NCBI GenBank assembly: GCA_021613535.1
Contig: CP075495.1
Location: 496,001-560,000, forward strand
Direction: 5' to 3'
Source of the DNA: Adineta vaga
Taxonomy: Eukaryota > Animalia > Rotifera
Length of the DNA stretch: 64,000 bases
Below the pieces are notes generated by a model. It saw nothing but the letters and a program-made list of their open reading frames with translations, was not told where the DNA came from and did no database searches. Positions 60,276 through 64,000 of this stretch are shown here, in pieces. A program made the position numbers and the translations under genes. The stretch's first letter is position 1. Every line of letters starts with the position of its first letter.

Positions 60276-63200
60276 ATGGATATCGAAGTGATAAGAATCG
60301 AACAGTCTACAAATGCTGAACACCATCAATCGACTGGAAGACATATAATTTCATATGCAAAGGACAAAGTATTAAAAGCACAGTTTGTATATTCATTAGT
60401 AGTTCTTCTTTTTAATTAACTTCTATTATTCATAGAAAGAAAATTGGTTCTCGTTTGCTTTTTATATTATTTTCAATATTGACATGTATTTCAATGATTA
60501 TTGGAATTCTAGTTGTTTATTATACTGTACCAAAACAAAGTGAGTTATTGACAAAAAATTTCTAAATAAAACTTTAATTTCTTTATTAAAAGATCATATT
60601 TGTCAAATGACATATAAACAAACAATAAAAAGTTTAATTATTCATAATTCACAACCAAGATCAATTGATATTGGTGATCTTAATTATGATAATCAAATGG
60701 ATATTGTTGTTGCTAATACTGGTACAAATACAATTGGAATTTTTATTTCAATTAATAATGAAACGTTTCATAATCAACAAATTTATTCAACTGGATTAAG
60801 ATCTCAACCATATTCACTTGTTCTTAATTATTTTAATAATGATCATTATTTAGATATTGCTGTAGCAAATTATGGAACGAATAATATTGGTCTTTTCTTT
60901 GGTCAAGGTAATGGAACATTTCAAGATCAAATATTAATTTCAACAAATTCATTTCGTCCTTGGTTTATTGAATCTAATGATTTGAATAAAGATAATTATT
61001 CTGATTTAGTTGTTATTTTCTATGGAACAGATAACATGGGTATTCTTTTTGGTAAAAATGATGGATTTTTTGATAAATTAATCATCTATTCAACTGGTTA
61101 TGATTCTCTTCCACATTCATTAGCAATCAAAGATTTAAATAATGATCAATATTTAGATACTGTTGTAACTAATTATGAAACAAATAATGTTGAAATCTTT
61201 TTTAATTATGGAAATGGAACATTTCAAAATCCAGTTGTTTATTCAACAAATTCTAATTCTCATCCATCATCTGTTGTTATTAGTGATTTAAATAATGATG
61301 GCGAATTATATATGATTATTGATAATTTTAATGATAATTATATCGTTATTTTTTATGGGATTGGTAATGGAAGTTTTATTCGACGAAATTTTTATTCAAC
61401 TGGAGAAAATTCATCACCACAATATCTTTGTATTGGAGATTTTAATAATGATCATCGAATGGATATTCTTGTTGCAAATCTTGCTGGGAATAATGTTGGT
61501 ATTCTTCTTGGAAAAGATAATGGAACTTTTGAATCGATGATTCCTTATTCGAGTAGTATTGGATCACAACCATGGTTTGCAACTATTGGTCATTTTAATA
61601 ATGATACTTATCTAGATATTGTCTCTTCAAATAGCGATTTTGGAACAATAACTATTTGGTTTGGATTGGGTGATGGTTCTTTTACTAATATGACAATATA
61701 TTCTACTGATGTTTATGGTAGACCATTTGGGATCACTGTTGGCGATGCTAATAACGATAATCATTCCGATCTTATCTTTGCAAACTACAATATCTGATAT
61801 GCCAGGTGTTTTCTTAGGCCATAGTGACGGAAGTTTTACATTGATGACATCAATTCCGATTGAGATTTCTGACGATGGTTTTATGATTGTTCTTGCTGAT
61901 TTTAATGGAGATAATTATTTGGATTCTGCCATTTCATACATCAATTCAGCAATCATAGGTGTTTCTTTTGGTAATGGAGATGGTACATTTAAGAGCAGAG
62001 CTATTTATTCAACTAAAGATATTGGTCAACCATATTATTTAGCTGCAATTGATTTTAATAATGATAATTATATCGATATTGCTGCGACAATTTTGAGTTC
62101 GAGTGAAGTTGCTATTTATTTCAATGATGGTCAGGGTAATTTTGAACTTGCAAGATTATATTCAACGAAATACGGTTCAAATCTCTATGCTCTGGCGATC
62201 GCTGATCTTGATCATGATAATCAATTAGAAATTATTGCGACTTATTGGGGTACGGGTTATGTTGGAATATTAACTCAATATAATGCTGCAAAATTTACTA
62301 ATCAATCAACATATTCAACAGGATCTGCTCCACGTCCATATTCATTAGCGATAGGTGATTTTAATCTTGATAATCAAACAGATGTTGTTATTGCTAAGTC
62401 TGCAACTGATAATTTAAGTATTCGTTTTGGTTCAAATAATGATACATTTACAAATGAAATAATCTATGAAATAGGAAGTGATTCTTATCCACAATATGTG
62501 ATTACAAATGATGTTAATAAAGATAATTATTTAGATCTTATTGTTGTTAATTCAAAAAGTAATACAATGAGTTTAATGTATGGATATGGAAATGGTTCAT
62601 TTGCCAATCAACTAATTTATTCAACTGGAGATAATTCACATCCTTATTCAATTGTTATGAATGATGTAAATAATGATCAAAGAAATGATTTAATTATTGC
62701 TAATGAAGGAAAAGATAATATTGGAATATTTCTTGGATTTGACTATACAACTTTTATGAATGTAAATACTTATTTGATTGAAAATCATACAACACCATAT
62801 AGTGTTGTTGTTAATAATTTTAATAATGATAATGAACTTGATATTGCTGTTGTTTTTTATGATAGTTCGAATTTAGCGATTCTTCTTGGACAAGGTAATG
62901 GAAGTTTTATTATTTCAATGTCCTATTCTATAGGAGATGATTTATTTATATCCATTTATGTTGGTTGCAAATGATTTAAACAACGATAAACAATTAGATC
63001 TTATTGTTGTTATCTATGGTCTAAGTAGTGTTGGCATTTTTCTTGGATTTGGCAATGGAACGTTTGCTCCTATAATAACATCTTCAACTGGAAAATATTC
63101 CGGTCCTAAATATGCTGCTATTGATGATGTTAACAGTGATAATGTATCAGATATTATCTCAGCAAATTATGGTGCTAATACAATAAGTATTCTGATCGGA

Positions 63201-64000
63201 TTAGGTAATGGAAGTTTTATTCTGATGGATACATATTCAACTGGAGATTTTTCTGGCATACAAGCAGTTGCTATCAATGATTTAAATAATGATGGGCATG
63301 CTGATATCGCCGTGATTAATTATCTTATTAGTAATATGATCATTTTTCTTGGTTATGGAAATGGAAGTTTTACAAAACAAGTGACCTATAATATTTGTTA
63401 TCAATGTTGGCCAATATGGATAACAATAAATGATTTTAATAAAGATAATAATCTTGATATTGCTGTAACCACATATAATAATGAATACATAGGTATTTTT
63501 CTTAGTTATGGCAATAGTAGTTTTGCTAACGCTGTTTATTATTCAACTGGTGATGGTTCGGGTCCAACATGTCATAGCGTTGGTGATTTTAATAATGATA
63601 ATATCTTAGATATTGCTGTCGCAAATACTGGCATTGATAATATAGTTATTTTATTTGGATTTGGCGATGGAACATTTCTATTAGGACGGGCTTATTCAAC
63701 TGGAAAAGGATCAATTCCACAAGCAGTTAGTCTTGGTGATTTTAATCATGACAAACAATTAGATATTGTTGTTGTTAATTCACAATCAAATGATATTCAA
63801 ATCTTTCTTGCTAATGGTCGTGAACCTTTTGCAGGCATAAAGAAATTCGATACTGGTGATGGATCAAAACCTCATTCAATTGCTGTGAATGACTTGAATC
63901 ATGATGAATGGATGGATATTGTTGTAATTAATTATGGAACTGATAATATTGGTATTTTACTTGGATCTGGTAATGGAAATTTTCATAACATGACAACATA
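60276..64000 (+). CDS. Long FG-GAP/VCBS-repeat type II membrane protein; frameshifts near 61790 and 62950; runs off window end
   Basis: TM exon ~60436-60539 (WFSFAFILFSILTCISMIIGILVVYY), then many GDFNND...DI.VAN.G.NNIGI.LG.GNGTF repeats across three frames. Confidence 0.85.

Overview
AT-rich eukaryotic genomic DNA with short (~50-60 nt) GT-AG introns. The gene content is typical of a bdelloid rotifer (Adineta/Rotaria-like; inferred, not proven): expanded rhodopsin-like GPCRs, ADP-ribosyltransferase (ART)-TPR and WWE-ART proteins, NHL, Kelch, FG-GAP and LRR repeat proteins, and GH27. About 30 genes or pseudogenes are present. A TE-rich island at ~9.3-23.6 kb contains several MITEs and a ~6.9 kb tandem array of a 94-bp satellite. 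The most notable observations are: (1) a ~1112-aa two-exon gene fusing a degenerate NRPS adenylation-domain N-terminus, a Pol-beta-like nucleotidyltransferase motif (GS...SDYD...FDTNLY) and a multi-pass membrane domain; (2) a dsRBD-less RNase III with a Mini-III-like active site and a C-terminal membrane anchor; (3) dispersed telomere-like (TGTGGG) inverted mini-repeats, two of which sit at gene truncation points; (4) a membrane protein whose Thr/Ser stalk is built from eight symmetric micro-exons; (5) a one-exon-per-repeat secreted helical polyprotein; (6) decayed hammerhead-like motifs. Several frameshifts and the degraded right end of the satellite may be long-read consensus errors. All annotation is by eye, with no database searches.
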